Origin: Marispirochaeta sp.
GTDB lineage: Bacteria; Spirochaetota; Spirochaetia; JC444; Marispirochaetaceae
Length of the DNA: 64,000 nt
Assembly (NCBI GenBank): GCA_963676835.2
Contig: CAXXFF010000002.1
Location: 1,152,001-1,216,000 of the forward strand
Direction of reading: 5' to 3'
Positions 28,403-38,004 of this stretch are shown here, in pieces (positions within the stretch are counted from its first letter, which is position 1; each line of letters begins with the position of its first letter). Under the pieces are notes generated by a model that was not told the DNA's origin, made no database searches, and saw only the letters and a program-made list of their open reading frames with translations. Made by a program: the position numbers and the translations under genes.

Positions 28403-29709
28403 GTACTGCTGCGGAAAAACCAACAGAAACAAAGAAAAAGGCTATGGGTAAGGACGTCCAGCGGGGCGTCTGGAATGCGGAAACCATGGCGGAGATCAGG
28501 TACAAGGCCGAAAACGGCAATCACCGGATAAGAGGCTGCGGTGCGACCCGTGCCCTGCCGACTTTCGATGATCTAACAATTCTTCCCGGTCAGATGACCA
28601 GGATGACCATTGATACCTACCGGGAGAAATGCGACACCCGGACGGTTCTTGGAAAGAGAGCCAAACGGCCGCTGGTGATAGAGACTCCCATAATGATTGC
28701 GGGAATCTCCTACGGTGCCCTGAGCAAGGAAGCCAAGATTGCCATGGCCAAGGCCACAATGAAGACCGGTACGGTTATCAGTAACGGTGAAGGCGGCCTG
28801 CTGCCTGAAGAGCTTGCCAACTCCTACCGGCAGTCCATCCAGGTTCTGCCCAGCCGTTTCGGATTCAGCAAACGTAATATTGAAGTTGCGGATATGCTTG
28901 AGTATCTGGTCGGCATCGGTGCGAAGCCGGGACTTTCCGGTCACCTTATGGGAGCAAAGATCTCCCAGGAAGTAGGCGATTTCCGCCAGCTTCCCCCGGG
29001 TATCGATCTGCACAGCCATCCCCGTCACGGAGACGCCTTCGGAGCGGATGACATGATGGTAAAGATGGATCAGCTCCGGGAGTTGACCAACGGCGAAGTA
29101 CCCATTTTTCTGAAACTTGCTGCTGCCAGGGTCAAGGACGATATAAAGATTGCTGTAAAGGTCGGCGTGGACGGAATTATCCTGGACGGTATGCAGGGCG
29201 GAACCGGTGCTGCACCGGTAATGGCCTCCGAGCATCTTGGTATTCCCACCATGCCTGCTCTGGTTCAGGCGGTACAGACCCTGGAAGAGATGGGAGTCAA
29301 GGACGAAGTCAGCCTTATCGTATCCGGAGGAATCCGCAACGGTGCGGATTTGGCGAAATCTCTGGCTATCGGTGCGGATGCTGTTGCCATCGGTACAGGT
29401 GCCATGGTTGCCATGGGCTGTAACGTCTGTCTCCGCTGTCAGGCCGGTCAGTGTGCCTTCGGAATCGGTACCCAGGATCCGGAACTTCGTAAACGGCTGG
29501 ATATAGAAGAGGCCAGTGAACGGGTTGCCAACTATATCAAGGGAATGACTGCAGAAGCCATAGTGCTTGCCAAGGCGGCAGGAAAAACCAAGCTGAAAAA
29601 CCTGGAAAGGGAAGACCTCCGCGCACTGACTCTTGAGTCGTGTGCAATGACCGGGATCCCCCTTGCAGGATCAAACTACACCTTCGGAACACCCTTCGGA
29701 TTCTGTTAG
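28399..29709 (+). CDS. glxD: FMN-binding glutamate synthase family subunit, GlxD/MgsC-like
   Basis: IRG.GA.R.LP.FDDL, YREKC, YGALS, GAKPG, DGMQGGTGA, C-x5-C-x4-C [3Fe-4S], TQDPELR. Confidence 0.85.
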   Translation: MSTAAEKPTETKKKAMGKDVQRGVWNAETMAEIRYKAENGNHRIRGCGATRALPTFDDLTILPGQMTRMTIDTYREKCDTRTVLGKRAKRPLVIETPIMIAGISYGALSKEAKIAMAKATMKTGTVISNGEGGLLPEELANSYRQSIQVLPSRFGFSKRNIEVADMLEYLVGIGAKPGLSGHLMGAKISQEVGDFRQLPPGIDLHSHPRHGDAFGADDMMVKMDQLRELTNGEVPIFLKLAAARVKDDIKIAVKVGVDGIILDGMQGGTGAAPVMASEHLGIPTMPALVQAVQTLEEMGVKDEVSLIVSGGIRNGADLAKSLAIGADAVAIGTGAMVAMGCNVCLRCQAGQCAFGIGTQDPELRKRLDIEEASERVANYIKGMTAEAIVLAKAAGKTKLKNLEREDLRALTLESCAMTGIPLAGSNYTFGTPFGFC

Positions 29710-29718
29710 GAGTTTGCC

Positions 29719-30060
29719 ATGAGAATCGAGAACCACCCAATTCTCGGGGACTTTGAAAAAGGCCCCGAGGTGGAATTCATCTATAACGGAAAGCCCATGA
29801 AAGGTTTTGCCGGGGAACCAATCGCCGCCGCGCTGCGTGCGGCGGGTGTCATGAAACACCGGGTTACCTCCCGCAAACATAAACCCAGGGGTATTTTCTG
29901 TGCCATCGGGCGCTGTACTGACTGTGTGATGGTGGTTAACGGAAAAGCCAATATCAGAACCTGCGTTACTCCCCTTGAAGCGGGGATGGTCGTGGAAACC
30001 CAGTACGGAACTCTGCCTGCATCGGAAGCTGCAGTGGAAACAGCGGGGGCTGCAAAATGA
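29719..30060 (+). CDS. [2Fe-2S] subunit (HcnA/PdhF/SoxA N-terminal-like)
   Basis: GEPIAAAL, RGIFCAIGRCTDC, RTCVT. Confidence 0.9.
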   Translation: MRIENHPILGDFEKGPEVEFIYNGKPMKGFAGEPIAAALRAAGVMKHRVTSRKHKPRGIFCAIGRCTDCVMVVNGKANIRTCVTPLEAGMVVETQYGTLPASEAAVETAGAAK

Positions 30061-31670
30061 GACGCATAGGTTTAGCCGTGGTCGGAGCCGGTCCCGCCGG
30101 TCTCTCTGCGGCTATAGAGGCGGCCCGTCATGGAGTTGATGTTGTCGTATTCGACGAAAACATGAAGCCCGGCGGACAGCTTTTTAAACAGATTCATAAA
30201 TTTTTCGGCTCCAAGGAGCATCGTGCCAAGGAGCGCGGATTCCGCATAGGTGAAGACCTTTTAAAAGAAGCCGAATCCCTGAATGTCAAGGTTGAACTTA
30301 ACTCTATTGTAACCGGCATCTATGAGGGCCTTGAGCTTGTGGTTACCAAAGGCGAAACGGTGGAGCATATCCGTGCCAACGGTATCGTGATCGCCACCGG
30401 CGCCAGTGAGAATATGATTCCCTTTCCCGGATGGACCCTTCCCGGAGTTATCGGGGCCGGGGCTGCACAGACCATGGCAAACCTTCATGGTGTAAAACCC
30501 GGAAACAATGTCCTCATGGTAGGTTCCGGTAACGTAGGCGTTGTTGTCGGCCTGCAGCTGCTTCAGGCGGGATGCTCTCTGGAAGCCCTGATTGATGCTT
30601 CTCCCCGGGTTGGCGGATACGGCGTTCATGCTGCAAAGATTGCCCGGACCGGCGTTCCCTTCTATCTGCGCCACACCATCAAAGAGGTATACGGCGAGGA
30701 GTCCGTGGAAGGTGCTGTGATCGTTGAAGTTGATGAGAAATGGCAGCCCATTCCAGGCAGCGAGAAAGACCTTAAGGTCGATACGGTCTGTATGGCTGTA
30801 GGGCTTTCTCCCATGTATCAGCTGAGCAAGATTGCCGGCTGTGAAATAGTCGAAGACCCGAAAAAAGGCGGTTTTGTACCCAAGTGCGATCTGTACGGTG
30901 CAACCACTGTGCCCGGCATATGGGTTGCAGGTGATGTTGCCGGGATAGAAGAGGCAAGTTCCGCCATGATCGGCGGTAAGATTGCCGGTGCGGCTGCTGC
31001 GGAAAAGCAGGGATACCTGGAAGAGGCCGAGTTTCTCTCCCGGGTGGAATCCTTTAATGCCAGTCTGGGGCAGCTCAGGGAAGGACAGTTCGGCCATAAG
31101 ATGAAGGGCAAGCCTGTTACCCATACAGAAGAGGGTATCGAGCTTTCCGGATCACTCTTGAGCCGCGGCTATGTGGCGGACGAAGAAATTACCCGTTTCC
31201 CCGGTGTGCCTGATGAAAAGAAAAGAGCCCGGGGGCTTACTCCGGTTATTGAATGTACCCAGAATATTCCCTGCGACCCCTGCCGGGATGCCTGTTCCAA
31301 GGGCTGTATCCGTATCAGCAGCAACATTGTTGATCTTCCCAGCCTTCAGGAGGAAGTGGTCTGTACCGGCTGCGGCATGTGTGTTGCCGCCTGTCCCGGG
31401 CAGGCAATCTTTCTGGTGGATGAGACCTACAACGAAGAGGAAGCCCTGGTGGGAATCCCCTATGAGTTTCTCCCCCTTCCCGAAGCAGGTGACACAGGAG
31501 CAGTGTTCGACCGTTCCGGAACACCGGTAGGTACCGGAAAGGTGGTGCGGGTGCAGAAAGCAAAGGTTATGGACGGAACCTCGGTTCTCTGGATTGCGGT
31601 ACCGAAATCCCAGTCCATGACCGCCAGATTCTACAAGCCCCTCACATCGTTAGTTAAGGCAGAGGTTTAA
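30057..31670 (+). CDS. FAD/NAD(P)-dependent oxidoreductase alpha subunit fused to a [4Fe-4S] ferredoxin domain
   Basis: GAGPAG, GGQL.KQ.HKFFG, ATGA, GWTLPGV, AGD; CTQNIPCDPCRDAC and CTGCGMCVAACP. Confidence 0.88.
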   Translation: MRRIGLAVVGAGPAGLSAAIEAARHGVDVVVFDENMKPGGQLFKQIHKFFGSKEHRAKERGFRIGEDLLKEAESLNVKVELNSIVTGIYEGLELVVTKGETVEHIRANGIVIATGASENMIPFPGWTLPGVIGAGAAQTMANLHGVKPGNNVLMVGSGNVGVVVGLQLLQAGCSLEALIDASPRVGGYGVHAAKIARTGVPFYLRHTIKEVYGEESVEGAVIVEVDEKWQPIPGSEKDLKVDTVCMAVGLSPMYQLSKIAGCEIVEDPKKGGFVPKCDLYGATTVPGIWVAGDVAGIEEASSAMIGGKIAGAAAAEKQGYLEEAEFLSRVESFNASLGQLREGQFGHKMKGKPVTHTEEGIELSGSLLSRGYVADEEITRFPGVPDEKKRARGLTPVIECTQNIPCDPCRDACSKGCIRISSNIVDLPSLQEEVVCTGCGMCVAACPGQAIFLVDETYNEEEALVGIPYEFLPLPEAGDTGAVFDRSGTPVGTGKVVRVQKAKVMDGTSVLWIAVPKSQSMTARFYKPLTSLVKAEV

Positions 31671-31671
31671 T

Positions 31672-32004
31672 ATGGCAAAAAAAAACAGACGTGTACGTGC
31701 CTCCGGAGAATATATTCCCCGGGATGATGATGAACTGATTCTCTGCCGCTGCGAAGAGATAACCCGGGGGGATATCCGCCGGGCAATCCATGCGGGGCTG
31801 CGGACCATGAACGAAATAAAGCGGGAAACCCGGTCGGGAATGGGACTCTGCCAGGGCCAGACCTGCACCAAGATTATCCGCGGCTTTATAGCATCAGAAC
31901 TGAAATGTTCCCCTTCGGAGATTGGTCTCCCCACTCCCCGGACTCCGGCCCGTCCGATTCCCATGACAGTACTGGCCGCGGACGGAATGGGCAAGGAGAG
32001 ATAG
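31672..32004 (+). CDS. BFD-like [2Fe-2S] small subunit
   Basis: CRCEEIT, TRSGMGLCQGQTC, R.PARP. Confidence 0.9.
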   Translation: MAKKNRRVRASGEYIPRDDDELILCRCEEITRGDIRRAIHAGLRTMNEIKRETRSGMGLCQGQTCTKIIRGFIASELKCSPSEIGLPTPRTPARPIPMTVLAADGMGKER

Positions 32005-32006
32005 AC

Positions 32007-33131
32007 GTGAGTAATTCAGCAGAGGTTATTGTACTCGGCGGCGGTGTAATCGGCTGCGCCATTGCATACAACCTGATTAAAAGAGGGGTTAAGCCCCTGG
32101 TTATAGAGAAAGACGAGATTGGTACGGCAGCATCCAGCAGGAACGGAGGCGGTGTCCGCCAGTCTGCCCGGGACCCCCGGGAACTTCCCCTTGCCATGTA
32201 TGCGGTTCAGAATATCTGGCCGGGACTTTCCGATGAGCTTGGCAGTGATGTTGAATACTGTCAGGGAGGAAACCTCCGTCTTGGAAAGACTGAAGCGCAT
32301 GTGAAATTCCTTGAGAACATGGTGGAAACACAGACAAAAGAGGGACTCGAGCTTGAAATGCTGGATAATGACCAGGTTCGGGAGATTCTTCCCTACGCCT
32401 CGGAGTCCATTATCGGCGCAAGCTGGTGTCCCACCGATGGTCACGGCAACCCCATGCTCACCACTCTGGCTTATTATAAAAAGGCTCTGGAGCTTGGTGC
32501 GGAGTTTATTGTCGGGGAAACAGCCCTGGAAGTAACCATGAAGAAAGGCCGGGTAACCGGAGTCCGTACTGATCAGGATATCTATGAAGCCCCGGTTGTG
32601 GTTAATGCCGCAGGAGTGGGTGCTAGGGACATAGCCCGCAGCGTGGGACTTGATATTCCCATGCAGCCCCGTCTTGTTGAATGTCTGGTAACCGACCAGC
32701 AGCCCCATATCTTTGACCAGATGCTCGGGACCGCCGGAGCGGACTTTTACGGGCATCAGAGCAAGCATGGTTCCTTCGTCTTCGGCGGAATGACCGGCTG
32801 GGAGCCCTATGAACTGAAAGACCTTAACAGTATCACCACCAGCAACACCGCCCCGTGCTGCTCCCGGGCGATTCTGGACTACTTTCCCTGGATGGAAAGA
32901 TCCAATGTTGTACGGGCCTGGTCGGGTTTTCTGGCGGTGGTTGCAGATATGGTGCCGGTAATGGGCAAGGTTCCTGAAGTACCGGGATTTGTATTCGCCT
33001 CCTGTTTCTGCGGCCACGGCTACGGGATTTCCCCTGCAGTGGGCCAGCTGATAGCGGAGCTGATTGTGGACGATGAGCCGGAACTTCCTCTGGATGAGTT
33101 CCGCTTTGACCGGTTCCTGCCGAGAAACTGA
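32007..33131 (+). CDS. FAD-dependent oxidoreductase beta subunit (SoxB/DadA/PdhB-like)
   Basis: GGGVIG, ASSRNGGGVR, GHGYGISPAVG; GTG start after SD AAGGAG. Confidence 0.9.
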   Translation: MSNSAEVIVLGGGVIGCAIAYNLIKRGVKPLVIEKDEIGTAASSRNGGGVRQSARDPRELPLAMYAVQNIWPGLSDELGSDVEYCQGGNLRLGKTEAHVKFLENMVETQTKEGLELEMLDNDQVREILPYASESIIGASWCPTDGHGNPMLTTLAYYKKALELGAEFIVGETALEVTMKKGRVTGVRTDQDIYEAPVVVNAAGVGARDIARSVGLDIPMQPRLVECLVTDQQPHIFDQMLGTAGADFYGHQSKHGSFVFGGMTGWEPYELKDLNSITTSNTAPCCSRAILDYFPWMERSNVVRAWSGFLAVVADMVPVMGKVPEVPGFVFASCFCGHGYGISPAVGQLIAELIVDDEPELPLDEFRFDRFLPRN

Positions 33132-33202
33132 TACACCGGATTCATTTCCCCGGAAGGATTCCTTCCGGGGAATTAATACTTTAAAGCGAATGGGAGAATT
33201 AA

Positions 33203-33604
33203 ATGGATTATAAGCGGGAAAATTTTTCATCAGGATCACCTCTGGAAGAGAAGCTCGGCTACAGCCGTGTGGTAAAAGCCGGACCTTTTATATTTGTGGG
33301 CGGAACAACTTCCGTTCAGGCCGACGGAACTGTTTACGGTGAAGGAAGCATGTACGAGCAGTGCAAGTTTATCTTCGAGAAGATGATCAAATGTCTTGAA
33401 GATGCCGGTGGAAAAAAGGAAGAGGTTGTTCGGGTAAAGATGTACCTTACCGATATGTCTCTGGCAAAGGAAGCGATTCAGGCTTACTCGGAATTCTTTA
33501 AAGAGATTAAGCCCCTGAATACTGCTGTAGGAATCGACACCCTGTTTCGTCCTGCCCAGCTTGCCGAGATTGAGATGGACGCCATTCAGGGCGCTGTCTG
33601 CTGA
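33203..33604 (+). CDS. RidA/YjgF-family protein
   Basis: GYSRVV, GTT, EIEMDA. Confidence 0.88.
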   Translation: MDYKRENFSSGSPLEEKLGYSRVVKAGPFIFVGGTTSVQADGTVYGEGSMYEQCKFIFEKMIKCLEDAGGKKEEVVRVKMYLTDMSLAKEAIQAYSEFFKEIKPLNTAVGIDTLFRPAQLAEIEMDAIQGAVC

Positions 33605-33649
33605 AAAATTATAATCCCTTAAGGGGTTGTGTTTAACGGGTAAAAGTTT

Positions 33650-33682
33650 TGGATACGGAACCTTGGTTCCGTATCCATTTTT
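33650..33682 (+). terminator. Intrinsic terminator between convergent genes
   Basis: TGGATACGGAACC-TT-GGTTCCGTATCCA + T5. Confidence 0.85.
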
Positions 33683-33685
33683 ATA

Positions 33686-34012
33686 TTAATCAGTAACTAC
33701 GTTATACTTTGTTACCTCTATGACTGCCATTCGCCCGGGTCCTGAAGTTGTCTCTGTAAGTATCCCGATAACCTCTATTATCCCTTTGCCTTGCTGTTTA
33801 CGTAACTCCGACGATAGCTCTCCCTGCAGTTTATAAACAGTACCGTTATTGAGAGTAAGAGCGGGAAAGGTAAATGGCTCTGATCCTTTAACACTGAGGG
33901 TGCCTGCAACTGTAATTACATCCCCCGCTGTTGGCTCCAGCTGTTCATGTTGTCCGAATGCAAAAAGCGAAACCGAGAAAAGGAGCAGGCTGAACTGTAA
34001 TAGACCCCGCAT
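33686..34012 (-). CDS. Hypothetical exported protein
   Basis: Signal peptide LFAFGQHE; coupled to upstream gene. Confidence 0.7.
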   Translation of the reverse strand: MRGLLQFSLLLFSVSLFAFGQHEQLEPTAGDVITVAGTLSVKGSEPFTFPALTLNNGTVYKLQGELSSELRKQQGKGIIEVIGILTETTSGPGRMAVIEVTKYNVVTD

Positions 34013-35775
34013 TATTTAATAACCATCGTCATGCGTGTTCCTTGAGGAACGTTTACGTTCCATGAATAAGTACCGGTTGATGGTGCGGATCCTGCATAAC
34101 AGTAGATATTGGACTGGGCAAGAGAGTTGTAATATCCAACGTATCCGGAGTCATCGTAGAAATATGGTCCGTCATAGTTGTCACTGGAATAATGATAGTT
34201 ATTGAAATCGATGGAACCCAACTGGTAGGTAATGCTGTTCAAGGCGGATTCTTCCCAGCTTGACCCAATGTTGTAGTGAAGATCTGTTCCGCTTAAGGAG
34301 CTATCATCATCGGAAAGCACTACTGCTACTCCCCACTTTATCAGCAGACTTTCCATGGTTTCTGCTGGACTGCCTGTGTCGGTTATTGCAGAGAGCAATG
34401 CCTGTGAGTCTATACTGGAATTCTGTACCATTGACCGAAACAAATCCGCCCCGCCGAAATTCCTGGCAAGATAAGCTCCGAACGAGTATGCATGGGAATA
34501 GCTGATTAAATCATCAAGAAGCCCCCACTGAGTAAGGGATGCTTCGTTCCAGTAGTTATACAGCGGGAGCCGTCCTGATATGACGCCGGTAGTTCCACCA
34601 TCGGATGGATCATCATAGGCGATGCCCCTCGGGCCGTCAGCGCTTATTTTATTGGCTACAAAATCTTCGGTAACCAGGGAGCACATTTCATTTAGCCAGG
34701 TATCTGTAGGTTCGACATTATTAAGTTCCTGTTTCTGGTAGAAATGAATCATATGCTGGAATTCGTGGGCCAGGGTAGAGATACACTCCTGGGGCCAGTA
34801 GTCGGTAATCTCCCATGTGCTGTCGTCTTTTTCGGCTAATAAAGATGAATCCAGGCTGAAGCGGATACACTCGTCTGAATCTGCGTAGGTTTCGGCAGTG
34901 TAATTATGCAGAGCATAGAAATAGCCTACGATGCGGGATTCGTTTTGGCCGGGTACCCCGTCACCCTCAATGTCGTGGAGAAAAATAACGATGGTATCTG
35001 TTTCACCTATCATAACCGGATTTCCTGTGTTTCCCCACTCTTCTCCGTATATACCGGTTACCCAGTCATAGATATCGTTGTCTAAACCTGCTGTCAGGAA
35101 GGCATTGCAGAGGGCATCCACCATTTCCTGGGTAATGCCCGAGGAGCCCCATTCCTCGTCTTCAACCCACACCTCCAGGGTCTTTGCTCCGAATGTTGTA
35201 TCACTGCTGCCCAACTCTACAAGTCCCCTGAGGGTGGCGGGGACGGCAGTTTCTATCACATCGTCCTGAAGAGTATTTGTATCTCCAATTGCGCTTGCAG
35301 AGATAGTTACCGGATTGGTGTAGATGCTGCTGCTGAAGTTACTAACAGATTTTTTAACTGAGCTCATGAAATCTTTATACTTTTCATCCAGTTTGCTGGA
35401 TCCGCGGAGAGCAATAATTCCATCATTTTCAGTGCTCTTTTTATTCGAGGCAGAGTCTATACTCTGAATACTGCTGTTCAGTGGTGATCCTGAACTTTGA
35501 GATATATATGGCCGTGAACTCAGGTTGTAATCCGAGTAATTGGTAAAGATAAAGTAAATATCGTCTCCGGCTTGGATCGATGAGTTTGTATAGGTATAAG
35601 ATCCGGTATCAGTTAAAGTTTCTACTGTATAGTTGGTTCCAGCAGAAATTGATATGGATGAGTCTGGATCCGGAATATTCAGAGACTCTCCACCGCCTCC
35701 CCCACCGCTTGGACAAGCGCTCAGCAGCAGTAGTACAGTAATAACAGAGAAAAACTGTAAATAAATTTTTTTCAC
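34012..35775 (-). CDS. Peptidase M30-like zinc metalloprotease lipoprotein
   Basis: Lipobox LLSAC; STLAHEFQHMIHF and WLNEMCS motifs; acidic. Confidence 0.8.
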   Translation of the reverse strand: MKKIYLQFFSVITVLLLLSACPSGGGGGGESLNIPDPDSSISISAGTNYTVETLTDTGSYTYTNSSIQAGDDIYFIFTNYSDYNLSSRPYISQSSGSPLNSSIQSIDSASNKKSTENDGIIALRGSSKLDEKYKDFMSSVKKSVSNFSSSIYTNPVTISASAIGDTNTLQDDVIETAVPATLRGLVELGSSDTTFGAKTLEVWVEDEEWGSSGITQEMVDALCNAFLTAGLDNDIYDWVTGIYGEEWGNTGNPVMIGETDTIVIFLHDIEGDGVPGQNESRIVGYFYALHNYTAETYADSDECIRFSLDSSLLAEKDDSTWEITDYWPQECISTLAHEFQHMIHFYQKQELNNVEPTDTWLNEMCSLVTEDFVANKISADGPRGIAYDDPSDGGTTGVISGRLPLYNYWNEASLTQWGLLDDLISYSHAYSFGAYLARNFGGADLFRSMVQNSSIDSQALLSAITDTGSPAETMESLLIKWGVAVVLSDDDSSLSGTDLHYNIGSSWEESALNSITYQLGSIDFNNYHYSSDNYDGPYFYDDSGYVGYYNSLAQSNIYCYAGSAPSTGTYSWNVNVPQGTRMTMVIK

Positions 35776-35911
35776 ATTTTAATCCTTATCAGTTGCTGAT
35801 AACAAATATACCACCCAAATCTCAACCCGTCACCCTCGACATAAACCGGTTCGCTTCTCCTGGAAAAATATGCTACCATACCAGAAACCCCTTCAAAAAA
35901 AAGGATTCACC

Positions 35912-36592
35912 ATGCTGCTTGGAACATTAACAAACGTTGCCGCTGTTGTCGCCGGAAGTCTTCTGGGGCTGCTTATTAACGCCCGCCTGCCGGAGCGTCT
36001 CAGCCGTATTGTCTTTCAGGCTATCGGACTGTTTACTCTTGTTCTGGGCTTCAGCATGGCGCTTAAATCGGACCGCTACCTTATTATTATTTTCAGCCTG
36101 GCTGCAGGGGCAATCAGCGGTGAACTGCTGGACATCGATGCCCGGCTTAACGACTTAAGTGAGCTTTTAAAAAGAAAGTTGAAGATTTCCCACGCTCGTT
36201 TCACCGAAGGGCTGATTACTTCATTTTTTCTCTTCTGCATGGGGTCCATGACCATTCTCGGTGCCTTTGAGGAGGGGCTTGGCGGGGAGCCGACCCTGCT
36301 TATGACCAAGTCTGTTCTCGACGGATTCGGCTCAATCGCTCTGGCGGCATCTCTGGGAATAGGGGTTCTCTTTTCGGTGGTGCCCCTGTTTCTCTTTCAG
36401 GGTGGGCTGACCCTCTTTGCCGCCTGGCTTCACGATTTCTTTACCCCGGAAATGATCAATGCAATGAGCGGTCTTGGAGGCATTCTGCTTGTGGGGCTCG
36501 GGCTCTCAATTCTGGATCTAAAAAAGATAAAGGTGGCCAACATGCTGCCGGCCCTGCTTTTTATTGTAATACTTGCTTATATCTTTCCCTGA
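35912..36592 (+). CDS. DUF554-family membrane protein
   Basis: GTLTN, EG....FLFCMGSMTILG, KSVLDG, NMLPAL. Confidence 0.9.
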   Translation: MLLGTLTNVAAVVAGSLLGLLINARLPERLSRIVFQAIGLFTLVLGFSMALKSDRYLIIIFSLAAGAISGELLDIDARLNDLSELLKRKLKISHARFTEGLITSFFLFCMGSMTILGAFEEGLGGEPTLLMTKSVLDGFGSIALAASLGIGVLFSVVPLFLFQGGLTLFAAWLHDFFTPEMINAMSGLGGILLVGLGLSILDLKKIKVANMLPALLFIVILAYIFP

Positions 36593-36960
36593 TTGACAAT
36601 CTCAATCATCAGGTAGTTTAGAAGATCCTCATCAAGATCCAGGGCGTACTCATTGGCAGTGTCCCGGATACTTTCCCAGGCTTTTTCCGGCAGCTCTCCC
36701 TCGGTGGCACCGTACTCCATATTGAAGAGCTCAATTACCTTGGTGAGCAGAATCACGGCTTCCTGAAAATCCTCACGGTTCTCCATATCAGTTAGATTGA
36801 AAATATCCGCAAGATCCCAGAAAAGATCCTCATCCATATTCTCCGGCAGAGCGGGGAGGGCGGCCAAGAAATCCTGAAAAATCTTCTCGTTTCGTGTTTC
36901 CGGATTTTTTTCATCCTTGAACAGTTTCAGCATGTGCCGGTAAAAACGGTCTGCTTCCAT
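36577..36960 (-). CDS. Hypothetical acidic protein
   Basis: SD GGAGG before ATG; 127 aa. Confidence 0.7.
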   Translation of the reverse strand: MEADRFYRHMLKLFKDEKNPETRNEKIFQDFLAALPALPENMDEDLFWDLADIFNLTDMENREDFQEAVILLTKVIELFNMEYGATEGELPEKAWESIRDTANEYALDLDEDLLNYLMIEIVNQGKI

Positions 36961-36984
36961 GGTATCCTCCGGGTATTAAAGGTA

Positions 36985-37956
36985 TCAGACAAAAAAAGGC
37001 ATCTGCCGCAGCAGAATAATCCATACAAACATGGTTCCCGCGCCGATTATATGAGTCAGGGCTACCGACTGGGCCATCAGCTCCGGTGCTGTGTTATAGC
37101 GGTTGGCAAGGCTCACGGAAAATACCCCGACGGGAACTATATTCACCAGCATAAATATGGTCAGAGTTTCAGGCTTGAAACGTCCTGTCTGCCAGAGCAG
37201 CAGGGACAATCCAAGAAGTACACCAGGGACAAGTATCAGCCTTATCAGTGCTATCAGCAGGTTCCATACATCCAGGCGGAGCGCCTTTATTCCTTCTCCT
37301 GCTATCCGGGAGCCGGCTACGATCATGGCTATTGCCACAGTCGATGAACCGGTAAGCTCAATCGAGTTCACAACAAAGCCGGGAAGCGACCTGTTCAGGC
37401 CGGTCAGGACCAGGAATATAGCAATAAGGGTAACGATGATAGTGGGATTTCCAGCGAGGGTTTTAAGGGACTGTCCCAATGACTGTTTATGGTCCCCCCT
37501 GAGTACGGGAACGCAAAAGGTCCAGAGCAGCAGGATTATCCCCAGGTTGTGAACGAACAGCAGCCCCGCTCCCCGTTTGGGCAGGAAAAGAAGGGCAAAG
37601 GGCAGTACCATGAAAACGAAGTTATTCATCATACTCTGAAAAAGAAAGCTTCGTCTCCGTGCGTCACGGTAGCCTGTTAGGCCTGCAGCGGCATAACCGA
37701 TTGCAGCGCCGGTCAGGATGGTGACCATCGCCAGGATCGGCAGCATGAGATTTTCCAGAATATCGGATCGGGTGAGGGTTCCGGTAATTGAAGTGAAAAT
37801 GAGGGCGGGCCAGAAGATATCCACCAGAAGGACACTGAGATATTTCTCTCCGTTATTGTCGATGATGCCCATTTTGCGCACGGCGCCGCCGAGGAACATA
37901 AGCAGAAATAGGGTAAGCAGTTTGTTGATGATAATTGGTGCTATTGAGCCGGTCAT
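36985..37956 (-). CDS. AEC-family transporter
   Basis: 10 TM segments, PALIF, NN.FM.LP, NP, RLILVP. Confidence 0.88.
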   Translation of the reverse strand: MTGSIAPIIINKLLTLFLLMFLGGAVRKMGIIDNNGEKYLSVLLVDIFWPALIFTSITGTLTRSDILENLMLPILAMVTILTGAAIGYAAAGLTGYRDARRRSFLFQSMMNNFVFMVLPFALLFLPKRGAGLLFVHNLGIILLLWTFCVPVLRGDHKQSLGQSLKTLAGNPTIIVTLIAIFLVLTGLNRSLPGFVVNSIELTGSSTVAIAMIVAGSRIAGEGIKALRLDVWNLLIALIRLILVPGVLLGLSLLLWQTGRFKPETLTIFMLVNIVPVGVFSVSLANRYNTAPELMAQSVALTHIIGAGTMFVWIILLRQMPFFV

Positions 37957-38004
37957 AAGGGCACAATAGCAGAGCAGTCATTTGCTGGCAATATGACTGC
38001 TCTG

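Noticed and set aside
25389..29709. Ordinary GS-GOGAT ammonium assimilation operon
   Set aside because: GS lacks ammonium-site motifs and the subunits resemble GlxBCD; not fully excluded without phylogeny
29719..33131. Hydrogen cyanide synthase or true sarcosine oxidase call
   Set aside because: The architecture is shared by many amino-acid dehydrogenases; no GcvT domain or gamma subunit is visible and the context points to N-substituted glutamate
32016..33239. 407-aa minus-strand ORF
   Set aside because: Antisense shadow of the SoxB-like gene; no motifs
33686..35775. Lower-GC M30 peptidase pair as a mobile island
   Set aside because: No integrase, transposase, tRNA or flanking direct repeats seen
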